IMG/VR virus record: IMGVR_UViG_3300021963_000027
Coordinates: 32,001 to 96,000 of that record
Origin: a virus
Direction: 5' to 3' (one strand)
Length of the DNA: 64,000 bases
Position numbers and translations under genes: made by a program. The notes beneath the pieces were generated by a model. The model was not told the DNA's origin. It saw nothing but the letters and a program-made list of their open reading frames with translations, and did not search any database. Below, in pieces: positions 9,645 to 17,945 of this stretch (position 1 is its first letter; each line of letters begins with the position of its first letter).

Positions 9645-9739
9645 AAGGGTGTACCAGTACGCACTTCTAATGCGTGGACGTTTAAATATACTGTAATTGG
9701 ATATGTCCTATGTAGGTTCGAATCCTATCATCCTTGCCA
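9645..9739 (+). ncRNA. Atypical tRNA-like gene (TCT anticodon loop, no D-arm, 36-nt variable region, encoded CCA)
   Basis: Acceptor AAGGGTG/CATCCTT-G-CCA; T-arm GTAGG-TTCGAAT-CCTAT; stem-loop ACGCA-CTTCTAA-TGCGT; only 7 nt where the D-arm should be. Confidence 0.6.
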
Positions 9740-10655
9740 CTTTTCTAATGAAATAACCTCTTGGTGGGTAATCTATAATACCATATGATTTACACCACTT
9801 TCTAACAGCATTATCTGATATATTATATTTCTTTCCTATTTTTGTGAATGGTAATTCCCATAGTAAATTCTCCAATTCTTCTTTACTAGGTTTTATTCGA
9901 TGTGAATATTGTTTGATCGCAGAACATCGTTTACACCTATAAGACGTTTTGGATATATCAACACCGCAATCTAAACACTTTTTAACCACTTTGTTTTTTG
10001 GAACATAATTGAAGTAATCAAATTCAACTTTAACATTCGCATTTGATAACTTATCTATAAAATCACTCCACTTATCTAAATTAAAACATGCTGAATAATG
10101 AATCTCATATACATCCCATCCACTAAATTCTAACAAATCATGTCTTTCCTGATAGTAAGCTTTCAATGTTCCATCTCTTTCATAATGTTGATTACCATTG
10201 ATTTCTAAAGCTATCATCTTATCGGGTAATGCTATATCAATTGAAAAAGCTCTCCCATTAATCTCTGGTTGATATTCTTCTATAAATGGTATATTCAATT
10301 GAGATAGAAATTCTTTCACTTTCTCACAAGGTTTTGATTTGAACTTGTCTTTATTTCTCCATGGATGTTTATCGGGATTATCTTTCAACCATTGCTTTCT
10401 CTTCTCTGATAGATTCCTTTTTGTTTCCTCTGTATGTTTTTTTCTTATGTTGATATTTTCATTGACGATGAATAATTTTTGTTCTCTCGCATTTTTAAGT
10501 GCTGCATATGGTAATTTATATTCCTTCCTTAATTTAGACATTGTAACGCCTCTATCGTGTAACTCTTGAATATGATTCCAGTCGTATCTATCTTCTAATT
10601 TACCCCATCGCAACTCATTCATGATTTTTGCTCTATCTTTATCAATCGAACTCAT
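9708..10655 (-). CDS. Putative free-standing homing endonuclease (PD-(D/E)xK, Vsr/DUF559-like, with NUMOD3-like, Zn-finger and HTH parts)
   Basis: FIEEY...SIDIALPDKMIALEINGNQHY core; KKHTEETKRNLSEKRK; CLDCG/CKRC; TAAATA-N5-ATG supports a start at 10655. Confidence 0.75.
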   Translation of the reverse strand: MSSIDKDRAKIMNELRWGKLEDRYDWNHIQELHDRGVTMSKLRKEYKLPYAALKNAREQKLFIVNENINIRKKHTEETKRNLSEKRKQWLKDNPDKHPWRNKDKFKSKPCEKVKEFLSQLNIPFIEEYQPEINGRAFSIDIALPDKMIALEINGNQHYERDGTLKAYYQERHDLLEFSGWDVYEIHYSACFNLDKWSDFIDKLSNANVKVEFDYFNYVPKNKVVKKCLDCGVDISKTSYRCKRCSAIKQYSHRIKPSKEELENLLWELPFTKIGKKYNISDNAVRKWCKSYGIIDYPPRGYFIRKVARMIGFEPT

Positions 10656-10748
10656 ATTATTATTTATCTCCAATGTTAATATTTTTGCTCTATCCAATAA
10701 ATAAAGATATTGACTAATTAAAAAACTAGAATACACTTTTCATACAAT

Positions 10749-10820
10749 GCGCTTGTAGCTAATTGGTCTAGCGATCTGCTCATAACGGATGGCAAGCAGG
10801 TTCGATTCCTGTCGGGCGCA
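10749..10820 (+). tRNA. tRNA with CAT anticodon (elongator Met or Ile2)
   Basis: GCGCTTG/CGGGCGC acceptor, ATCTG-CTCATAA-CGGAT, GCAGG-TTCGATT-CCTGT; no encoded CCA. Confidence 0.9.
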
Positions 10821-10854
10821 TCAACTTTTTAAAAAACTAGAATACAATCAACAC

Positions 10855-11109
10855 ATGACAATCGCCAAACAATTAAAGATTAAAGAATTCCCATTCATCA
10901 TCAAAGATTCTAATGGTGAAGGGATTTACCGTGAGGACTCTGATGGATATTGGGAGAAGATAGAACGAAATTCAAAGGGTAAAGTGATTTTCTTCAAAAA
11001 CTCCAATGGAACAATCTATGATAATCGTCCCAAGACAGATGTTCAGAAAGCCATTGAACTTCTCACGAAAGAAGGATTGATCGTGGATGGTAAGATTTTA
11101 AAAAACTAG
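10855..11109 (+). CDS. 21-aa-repeat family protein, copy B (84 aa)
   Basis: TACAAT-caacac-ATG10855; same N- and C-termini as copy A. Confidence 0.85.
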   Translation: MTIAKQLKIKEFPFIIKDSNGEGIYREDSDGYWEKIERNSKGKVIFFKNSNGTIYDNRPKTDVQKAIELLTKEGLIVDGKILKN

Positions 11110-11123
11110 AATACAATCATAAC

Positions 11124-11504
11124 ATGACAATCGCCAAACAATTAAAGATTAAAGAATTCCCATTTGAAATCAACGATTCCAAGGGTGATCGGATTTACTG
11201 GGAGGACTCTGATGGATATTGGATTAAACGTGAATACGATTCCAATGGTAATATGATTTACTGGGAGAACTCTGATGGACTTTGTGAGAAGCGTGGATAC
11301 GATTCCAAAGGTAATGAGATTTACGTAGAGTATTCCAACGGAAGTTGGGAGAAGCGTGAATACGATTCCAAGAGTAATCAGATTTACTACGAGGACTCTG
11401 ATGGCTTGATCGTTGATAATCGTCCCAAGACAGATGTTCAGAAAGCAATTGAACTTCTCACGAAAGAAGGGTTGATCGTAGATGGTAAGATTTTAAAAAA
11501 CTAG
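11124..11504 (+). CDS. 21-aa-repeat family protein, copy C (126 aa)
   Basis: Same family, more repeat units. Confidence 0.85.
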   Translation: MTIAKQLKIKEFPFEINDSKGDRIYWEDSDGYWIKREYDSNGNMIYWENSDGLCEKRGYDSKGNEIYVEYSNGSWEKREYDSKSNQIYYEDSDGLIVDNRPKTDVQKAIELLTKEGLIVDGKILKN

Positions 11505-11518
11505 AATACAATCAACAC

Positions 11519-11698
11519 ATGACAACTCAAGAAATAGACTCATTGGAAAGCACATTTGATAGCGTGGCATCTGAAATTCTCGATACTCTACGTGATCATC
11601 CTGACTATGTTTCGATTAAAGTTAAATTTGATTCAATGCAAACGATGATGCAGAAAGCTATCGGAGAAAAATTTCCTGATAGTTGGATGGCAAAATAA
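11519..11698 (+). CDS. Small hypothetical protein
   Basis: TACAAT-caacac-ATG. Confidence 0.65.
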   Translation: MTTQEIDSLESTFDSVASEILDTLRDHPDYVSIKVKFDSMQTMMQKAIGEKFPDSWMAK

Positions 11699-11720
11699 AA
11701 AACTAAAATACACTTACAAT

Positions 11721-11879
11721 ATGTTCAAAATACTCGGTTCAGGCGTTGGCGGAATTTCTTCTGCTCTTATCACAGGTGGAAATTGCTTCCAATCAACTTA
11801 TCACTTCGGCGTGTTCATCGCATTCCTTTTTGTGGGTATGGTGTTGGGTATTATTGCTGATATAGTAATTGAAAACTAA
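11721..11879 (+). CDS. Small membrane protein
   Basis: Hydrophobic FGVFIAFLFVGMVLGIIADIVI; variant motif upstream. Confidence 0.6.
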   Translation: MFKILGSGVGGISSALITGGNCFQSTYHFGVFIAFLFVGMVLGIIADIVIEN

Positions 11880-11885
11880 AATACT

Positions 11886-12242
11886 ATGGGATTATTCAGT
11901 TGGAAAACACAAGACACAGATCGCTCAATTCCCTGCGAGGGAGCAAGCAGACCTACTTTCAAAGTGGTGATGCATGACAACAACGGTAAAAAATGGATTG
12001 AAGATTGTTATGAGGGTTACGGTGTTTTTGGAGGAAAGGATTACTACGAACTTCTAGCAGAAATGAATGGAGAAGAACGGAGTGATCCCGAATTGGCAAG
12101 AGCAAAAGGTATCAACATCGCATATGGTAAAAACCCATTCATTGCGCCCAACCTAACAGAAACCGAGGATTGAGAATGGATTGACGAGGAACCTGAAAAT
12201 TGTGAATATCAAGGGTATTTCTACGATGACGAAGATTTTTAA
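11886..12242 (+). pseudogene. Hypothetical protein gene interrupted by an in-frame TGA at 12171-12173 (pseudogene, readthrough or sequencing error)
   Basis: Frame continues EWIDEEPENCEYQGYFYDDEDF* and stops exactly at the next motif. Confidence 0.55.
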
Positions 12243-12267
12243 TTAAAAACTAATATATCATAATAAC

Positions 12268-12429
12268 ATGCAACCTATCATCAAGCTTATTATAGCACCT
12301 TCAATTTATTGCGTATTGTCAATCATTCATGCGATTGTTGACACTCCATACAATTTCCAAAATGTTGCGCTGACAATCATTCTATCAATCGTGGTGTTTT
12401 TGGCTATTGATAAAATCTTTGGGAATTAA
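12268..12429 (+). CDS. Small membrane protein
   Basis: Two hydrophobic stretches; stop at the motif. Confidence 0.6.
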   Translation: MQPIIKLIIAPSIYCVLSIIHAIVDTPYNFQNVALTIILSIVVFLAIDKIFGN

Positions 12430-12451
12430 AAAACTAGAATACACTGATACC

Positions 12452-12598
12452 ATGGACACTATTGATACTATCATTAAAAAAATCGATCTTATTGAAGAAC
12501 AAACCATCAATCTTATCAAAGAGCGTGACGAGTGGAAACGCATGTATTACGAGTTGAAACAAGAATGTGAGGAGACGATCAAAGCTTTTAAAAACTAG
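12452..12598 (+). CDS. Small coiled-coil protein
   Basis: TACACT-gatacc-ATG12452; ends AFKN*. Confidence 0.65.
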   Translation: MDTIDTIIKKIDLIEEQTINLIKERDEWKRMYYELKQECEETIKAFKN

Positions 12599-12612
12599 AA
12601 TACAATTGAGAC

Positions 12613-12984
12613 ATGCGATTCAATAACACCGCAGAATTCCCTCAGTGGGTCAAGGATTACAAAGACTCACAGAATACCTATCCAACAGGGTATCAAGAAA
12701 TTGCCAACGCATTGAAGGTCAAGGGTAACGAAATGGCTAAAAAATGGCGTGGTGTTGGCTTGAAAGAAATGCCTTTCACACGATGTGAAGTTGACAACAA
12801 GTTGGGATGTGATTACGATACGTATGATTCTTATCAAGTCTTTTGCGCATCCAAAGGTTCTCGCCCATCAGAGTGGGATCATCTGCATGATTCTGATGAT
12901 CAGTATGACTTTTGCCGAACTGGTTACTTCGAAGAGGCACAAATCGGAGAGTGGTATCTGGTAGTGGGATTTGATTTTGATTAA
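12613..12984 (+). CDS. Hypothetical protein
   Basis: TACAAT-tgagac-ATG. Confidence 0.8.
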   Translation: MRFNNTAEFPQWVKDYKDSQNTYPTGYQEIANALKVKGNEMAKKWRGVGLKEMPFTRCEVDNKLGCDYDTYDSYQVFCASKGSRPSEWDHLHDSDDQYDFCRTGYFEEAQIGEWYLVVGFDFD

Positions 12985-13008
12985 AAAACTAGACTAATAT
13001 AAACGCAT

Positions 13009-13296
13009 ATGGAATACGAACTTATACAAGTAGCTTACGACACAAAACAACGGATTGAGCGAAATTCAAAATTACACTCTCTGTTACTGGAGAGAGTCAA
13101 TCAAGGTGAGCAATTCCCACCTACGGAGAAAAATCATCAATTTGGACAAGACTTTGGTTATCTATCAATTGGCGATGGTTTTAATTTTCAGATTGGTTTC
13201 GCCTCAACAGGATGTAACAAAGCAATCATCGACGCAATTCTGGATATTCTGGAGAAGAAAGTGGCAGAAGACAAGGAATTCATCGAAAATATTTAA
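13009..13296 (+). CDS. Hypothetical protein
   Basis: Motif upstream; possibly a distant paralogue of 8299..8595. Confidence 0.75.
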   Translation: MEYELIQVAYDTKQRIERNSKLHSLLLERVNQGEQFPPTEKNHQFGQDFGYLSIGDGFNFQIGFASTGCNKAIIDAILDILEKKVAEDKEFIENI

Positions 13297-13318
13297 AAAA
13301 CTAGAATACAATTGAGCC

Positions 13319-13540
13319 ATGACATTACAAGAACATATCGCTTACCAAGAAGACAAGATTGATCGCCTTTATGAGCAGTATTATCAGACTCAGGGTTATA
13401 TTCACAAAGAAACAAGTATCAATTCTCATTTGAAAGCGGGAACTTTATTGGAATTGGTGAAACAACTCTATTCTTTAGAGATTGAGTTACGCTCTGCCAT
13501 TGACACTCGCATGACACTTATCAATATTAAAAGCAATTAA
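13319..13540 (+). CDS. Hypothetical protein
   Basis: TACAAT-tgagcc-ATG. Confidence 0.75.
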   Translation: MTLQEHIAYQEDKIDRLYEQYYQTQGYIHKETSINSHLKAGTLLELVKQLYSLEIELRSAIDTRMTLINIKSN

Positions 13541-13562
13541 AAAACTAGAATACAATTTACAC

Positions 13563-13958
13563 ATGAACTTTATAATTCTTACAAAAACAAAAGTCGAAAA
13601 ATTCACAGCAATTCAACTCATCCACAAATTTACAGGAGCGGAATTGGATGTATATACCAACGAAGAAGTTGGGGATATGTGGATGAGTTTTCCATATTTG
13701 AAAATCGACGAACACGAAAAGGTTGTCAATGCATACAGCGATGATCAAGGATTGGAAGTTCTGGTATGGGAGACGCAATTGAATGAAATCGTTGAAAGAC
13801 TCACTGTCTTGAATGATAATACTATCGAGGATTTTGCTGGTAACAAAGTGGAAATCACGAAATCAGGAATTCTAATCGGAAATGAAAAAGTTTCATTTGA
13901 AAAGTTTGAAGAACTGGCAAAAAAGGTTGAAAAATTCCTAAGCTCGACAAAAGCTTAA
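13563..13958 (+). CDS. Hypothetical protein
   Basis: TACAAT-ttacac-ATG. Confidence 0.8.
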   Translation: MNFIILTKTKVEKFTAIQLIHKFTGAELDVYTNEEVGDMWMSFPYLKIDEHEKVVNAYSDDQGLEVLVWETQLNEIVERLTVLNDNTIEDFAGNKVEITKSGILIGNEKVSFEKFEELAKKVEKFLSSTKA

Positions 13959-13987
13959 TTAAAAAACTAGATTACAATTATACCATC

Positions 13988-14323
13988 ATGAAAGTTACTA
14001 CAGAAAACGTTATCAATGCCATCGTTCGGGAAAAAATCAGTCACCGTGGTGGTGGAGTGGAAATCGATTTGAGCCAATTTGGATTCCCCGATGGTTCTCT
14101 CATGTCTGCTTATCAAAATTACCTTGGTGGTGGCATGTTGGGAGCAATCCAAAGCAATCACAACATGTTCCGCATGGAATTCACTAAAGCACAAGAGAAA
14201 AAGATTGAGAACTTGTCAGAGATTCTCAAGCGTTATCTCCATGATCAAACGAATCATGAAGATGATGAATGGGAAAGCGCAACATATTTCCAAAATCAAA
14301 TGCGCCCAACCTCTGCTTATTAA
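13988..14323 (+). CDS. Hypothetical phage protein
   Basis: Motif with N9 spacer upstream. Confidence 0.8.
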   Translation: MKVTTENVINAIVREKISHRGGGVEIDLSQFGFPDGSLMSAYQNYLGGGMLGAIQSNHNMFRMEFTKAQEKKIENLSEILKRYLHDQTNHEDDEWESATYFQNQMRPTSAY

Positions 14324-14348
14324 AAAACTAGACTAAAATTGCACCATC

Positions 14349-14594
14349 ATGAAATACTTACCGACTATCGACCTCTGGAATCCCGCTGTGAATTACGCTG
14401 TTCGCACAGGACAATTGAAATTACAAGCGGGACAATGGGTGAAATGTGGCAATGAGAAGAAATCCCGCTTCGTCTGTGTAAAGCCTAAGAGCGGCACAAT
14501 CTGGGCAAGCCATTGGCAAGGGAATAGTAAAAGCACCAACGAGCGTTTCAAAACGTTGTTGGAAGCATCCAAAGGAATTAAAAAACTAGCTTAA
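14349..14594 (+). CDS. Hypothetical protein
   Basis: Motif upstream. Confidence 0.75.
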   Translation: MKYLPTIDLWNPAVNYAVRTGQLKLQAGQWVKCGNEKKSRFVCVKPKSGTIWASHWQGNSKSTNERFKTLLEASKGIKKLA

Positions 14595-14603
14595 TATTGA
14601 GGC

Positions 14604-14768
14604 ATGACAAAAGAATTAACTGAAAAATACCTTGAAACAGCAATCAGAAGAAAATCTTATCTTCTTGATCGTATCTCGAAAGTGACAGATATTCTCGAAG
14701 AATTGGAAGGCGATCTGGAGGATGTGGAGAACGAAATCCAAGACTTGCAAAGCGTTTTAAAAAACTAA
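14604..14768 (+). CDS. Small coiled-coil protein
   Basis: TAATAT-tgaggc-ATG; ends VLKN*. Confidence 0.65.
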   Translation: MTKELTEKYLETAIRRKSYLLDRISKVTDILEELEGDLEDVENEIQDLQSVLKN

Positions 14769-14787
14769 GATACAATCATAACATAAC

Positions 14788-15168
14788 ATGACAATCGCTC
14801 AACAACTTAACGTAAAGGAATTTCCATTCATTATCAAAGATTCCAATGGTAAAGAGATTTACTGGGAGAACTCTGATGGACTTTGGGAGAAGCGTGAATA
14901 CGATTCTAATGGTAAAGAGATTTACTACGAGGACTCCTATGGATTTTGGATTAAGCGTGAATACGATTCTAATGGTAAAGTGATTTACTCCGAGAACTAC
15001 AAAGGATATTGGATAAAGCGCGAGTGGGATTCCAAAGGTAATGTGATTTACTTCGAGAACTCCTATGGACAAATCGTTGATAATCGTCCCAAGACAGATG
15101 TTCAGAAAGCTATTGAACTTCTCACGAAAGAAGGATTGCTGGAAGATGGTGAGATTTTAAAAAACTAG
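14788..15168 (+). CDS. 21-aa-repeat family protein, copy D (126 aa)
   Basis: Same family; ends ILKN*. Confidence 0.85.
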   Translation: MTIAQQLNVKEFPFIIKDSNGKEIYWENSDGLWEKREYDSNGKEIYYEDSYGFWIKREYDSNGKVIYSENYKGYWIKREWDSKGNVIYFENSYGQIVDNRPKTDVQKAIELLTKEGLLEDGEILKN

Positions 15169-15182
15169 AATACAATCAACAC

Positions 15183-15452
15183 ATGTTCTTTACATATCGT
15201 CAAAACAACTCAGGTGGTAGATTCATTGGTGAAATCAATATCATCATCGAAGCCGATTCAGCAAAAGAAGCTGATGAAATTGCACAAGAAAACGGTGTAT
15301 ATTTCGATGGCGTTGATGAGGGTCACGACTGCGGATGCTGCGGTGATCGCTGGTCACGCGCATGGGAAAGTGATGGCACGGAAAATCCTGAAATTTACGA
15401 TGAAGCAGTAGGTGAAAGTCACAATTGCAAAATCGTTAGAAAACAAGCTTAA
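15183..15452 (+). CDS. Hypothetical phage protein (CxCCGDRW motif)
   Basis: FFTYRQNNSGG...DCGCCGDRW; motif upstream. Confidence 0.8.
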   Translation: MFFTYRQNNSGGRFIGEINIIIEADSAKEADEIAQENGVYFDGVDEGHDCGCCGDRWSRAWESDGTENPEIYDEAVGESHNCKIVRKQA

Positions 15453-15543
15453 TCTTGGTAACATGGTAAAGACCTCTCCCTTGGTGGTTCTTGGGAGAGG
15501 CAAATGTTACAACAATTAAAAAACTAGACTATCATTGAGCCAT

Positions 15544-15798
15544 ATGAAAAACGAAATTCAATCTTATCGCGAAACAATTAAAAAGCTTGAAGAAACCAGA
15601 CAAAACACAGCAATTCTCGAAGTGGGTTGCGAGGTAACTTTAGCTAACGGAACGAAACAAATCATTTCAAAAGTAGAATTCGATGAAGCATATGGTGAGA
15701 ATGCATTTTACCGATGGGACAGATTCTTTCCGTATGAAATCGAACACGCTGCGATGTATGGCTCGAACTTGGAAATCGTGGATGTAAAACACAATTAA
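15544..15798 (+). CDS. Hypothetical protein
   Basis: ATG15544 after the motif. Confidence 0.7.
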   Translation: MKNEIQSYRETIKKLEETRQNTAILEVGCEVTLANGTKQIISKVEFDEAYGENAFYRWDRFFPYEIEHAAMYGSNLEIVDVKHN

Positions 15799-15823
15799 AA
15801 AACTAGATTAGAATTAGAGCATC

Positions 15824-16003
15824 ATGAAACAATATCCCACTCACGAAGAAATCTATGAGCAAATCAGAAAGCTTGTCCTTGGCAATGTCAATCACGCATC
15901 CATGCACAATCGCGAATCATTGGATGATTTGATTGCTGATCTGGAGCAATATCGTGATACTCTTCCAAGTGTCGATGAATACATGAAGGTAAACAAACTC
16001 TGA
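15824..16003 (+). CDS. Small hypothetical protein
   Basis: Motif upstream and downstream. Confidence 0.65.
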   Translation: MKQYPTHEEIYEQIRKLVLGNVNHASMHNRESLDDLIADLEQYRDTLPSVDEYMKVNKL

Positions 16004-16030
16004 ATTAAAAAACTAGAATACAATTACATC

Positions 16031-16189
16031 ATGCAATCCATTTACATTATCGCAGCTTTCTTCGCTGGTTATCTTTTGCCAGAATTTATTAAGATGCTCG
16101 CACCTCGCAATTACACTGTTCCATTTATGATGAACATTATGTGCGGTTTCATCGCCTCTGCAATTCTCCACTACATCCTTACTCACTAA
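16031..16189 (+). CDS. Small membrane protein
   Basis: TACAAT-tacatc-ATG; hydrophobic. Confidence 0.6.
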   Translation: MQSIYIIAAFFAGYLLPEFIKMLAPRNYTVPFMMNIMCGFIASAILHYILTH

Positions 16190-16229
16190 TATCGAACTCA
16201 GAATTAAAAAACTAGATTAGAATTGAGCC

Positions 16230-16460
16230 ATGACAAACAACATCGTAGTAATCAAAATCCACAATGCAAGAGTATCATCTGTTTACAGTGTAGATACCAT
16301 AGAAAATGCCAAAGCACTGGTGAGTGATCTATTCTTTAGCCAATTCCATCGCTCCCTCAATGAAGAGGAAATTGATGATCTGGAAGTATTCATGGAATTG
16401 TATAATGACGAAGACCATGACAATCAATTCACATTCTCCATCTCATTCGTTGACAATTAA
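16230..16460 (+). CDS. Hypothetical protein, paralogue of 20175..20402
   Basis: Shared VIKxHN..VSSVYS.DT.E.AK.LV.DLF..QF.R.LN...YNDEDHDN.FTFSI.FV. Confidence 0.8.
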   Translation: MTNNIVVIKIHNARVSSVYSVDTIENAKALVSDLFFSQFHRSLNEEEIDDLEVFMELYNDEDHDNQFTFSISFVDN

Positions 16461-16484
16461 AAAACTAGAGTAACATTGAGCCAT

Positions 16485-16694
16485 ATGAAAAAACAATATC
16501 TCATAATCCAATTGGAAACCAAAGAGAGTCAAGTTCCTGATGGTTATCACATGACTACGAGAACAGAGTATTTTGGCGTTACTAATGGTTATCCTATCAC
16601 TTTCGATACACTGGAAGAAGCAGAAAAAGAATTGGCACTGCGGATTGGTAAATGGTCTAAATACACGATCATCCCCCTTTACACTCAAGAATAA
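16485..16694 (+). CDS. Hypothetical protein
   Basis: ATG16485 after the motif. Confidence 0.7.
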   Translation: MKKQYLIIQLETKESQVPDGYHMTTRTEYFGVTNGYPITFDTLEEAEKELALRIGKWSKYTIIPLYTQE

Positions 16695-16717
16695 AAAAAC
16701 TAGATTAAAATTAGGAC

Positions 16718-16912
16718 ATGGAAAGTATTAAACGATACAATTGGACAATCCGCAACACTGTTACTGATAAGATAGTTGGGTATAATTGTCGGTTCTGCGC
16801 TTGTGACGAAAATCATGTTCGTAGTAGTCCATCGGTTCAAATTTGGGCAAATGGTGATGAAATCGAAGTGATTGCAGAATCATTCAGTGACTTCGATGAA
16901 TTAGTGGGATAA
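16718..16912 (+). CDS. Hypothetical protein
   Basis: TAAAAT-taggac-ATG. Confidence 0.7.
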   Translation: MESIKRYNWTIRNTVTDKIVGYNCRFCACDENHVRSSPSVQIWANGDEIEVIAESFSDFDELVG

Positions 16913-16934
16913 AAAACTAGATTAGAATTGGGAC

Positions 16935-17117
16935 ATGGAAACAACCAAAGAAAAGATGGAGAAAGCTTACGAGAGCTTGAAAAACATTCAAGAAATCCTA
17001 AGCACTGTAGTTGCCTCTGAAATTGATCAGACTTTCGACTTCTATCGCATGACAAATAACGTTTTCATTGCAAAAATGCACATGGAACATATTCTCCAAC
17101 ACCCAATTAAAAACTAG
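16935..17117 (+). CDS. Hypothetical protein
   Basis: TAGAAT-tgggac-ATG; ends PIKN*. Confidence 0.7.
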   Translation: METTKEKMEKAYESLKNIQEILSTVVASEIDQTFDFYRMTNNVFIAKMHMEHILQHPIKN

Positions 17118-17131
17118 AACATACTTTCATT

Positions 17132-17206
17132 CTACGGAGAAATAGGGTTCAAGTCCCTTAGTCTAGCAATCGCTAGTCATAGCATACTGGTCATGCGCCG
17201 TTTTTC
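17132..17206 (+). ncRNA. Circularly permuted tRNA-like gene (3' half precedes 5' half, opened at the anticodon loop)
   Basis: TACGG-AGAAA-TAGGG-TTCAAGT-CCCTT-AGTCTAG-C-aatc-G-CTAGTCA-TA-GCAT-ACTGGTC-ATGC-G-CCGTT; canonical arm lengths in permuted order; occupies its own motif-bounded cassette. Confidence 0.7.
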
Positions 17207-17232
17207 TTTAAAAACTAGATTAGAATTAGGAC

Positions 17233-17619
17233 ATGCAAAAGATCAGCACAACACAATTCGGTGGTATCAAAGTCACCATGTTTCTCTCCAACACCAAGCA
17301 ACCAACTTGGTCAAACGGTAATCATGATCATTATCGAGTGAAGATTGAACATGAGGGAAAATCCCACACTTTCGATTTTTGGGGTAGCATTGCCAATAAA
17401 GAAAATAATCAATTGGAGAATGTAAAAAATGCTCTGAATTGCTTTGCCAGTGATTGCGATCTGGGAGAGGGTGAATTCAAAGACTTCATCTGGAAAACAG
17501 GTGGATTCGAAGATTCAAAGAATTTGAAAATCTTCAAAGCTTGTCAGAAATCCCATAAAGCAATGAAACGCTTGAACATTCCCAACGATGTTTTCCTTGG
17601 ATGGTTGGACGGTGAATAA
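17233..17619 (+). CDS. Hypothetical phage protein
   Basis: TAGAAT-taggac-ATG. Confidence 0.8.
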   Translation: MQKISTTQFGGIKVTMFLSNTKQPTWSNGNHDHYRVKIEHEGKSHTFDFWGSIANKENNQLENVKNALNCFASDCDLGEGEFKDFIWKTGGFEDSKNLKIFKACQKSHKAMKRLNIPNDVFLGWLDGE

Positions 17620-17641
17620 AAAACTAGATTAGAATTGGGAC

Positions 17642-17923
17642 ATGACAACAATCCATCTAATCAACCTTTGTAGAGAATCAGATTTTCAAAAGAAATACGG
17701 TTCGCAAGTCTATTACGATATTTCAAAGGCTAAAAAGGAATCAAATTGTTTCGATGATGTTATTCGTTCCCTACAACAAGAACACGATGATTTTGTTGGG
17801 TTCTCAGGAGAAGAACACACTAAACAACGCAAGCAAGACATTCAAAACGCAATTCAATTTTTGAACGATTACAAAGAAAATGTCAATCTCGCCAACATGA
17901 CAGTTCAATTTGTAGAATATTAA
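17642..17923 (+). CDS. Hypothetical protein
   Basis: TAGAAT-tgggac-ATG. Confidence 0.75.
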   Translation: MTTIHLINLCRESDFQKKYGSQVYYDISKAKKESNCFDDVIRSLQQEHDDFVGFSGEEHTKQRKQDIQNAIQFLNDYKENVNLANMTVQFVEY

Positions 17924-17945
17924 AAAACTAGATTAGAATTAGGAC

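Noticed and set aside
10789-10854. Longer N-terminus of repeat-family copy B as given in the ORF track
   Set aside because: It overlaps tRNA-CAT and reads through the motif (FKKLEY); paralogues start at MTIA (10855). The same artefact affects ORFs at 7678, 8045, 9247 and 12407.
8755-15168. Diversity-generating retroelement acting on the 21-aa repeat genes
   Set aside because: No reverse transcriptase is in the window, and by eye the differences between units are not restricted to adenines.
15458-15510. Known riboswitch (for example c-di-GMP-I)
   Set aside because: It lies 3' of a gene, and I could not match the conserved two-hairpin tetraloop/receptor architecture. Kept only as an unnamed hairpin family.
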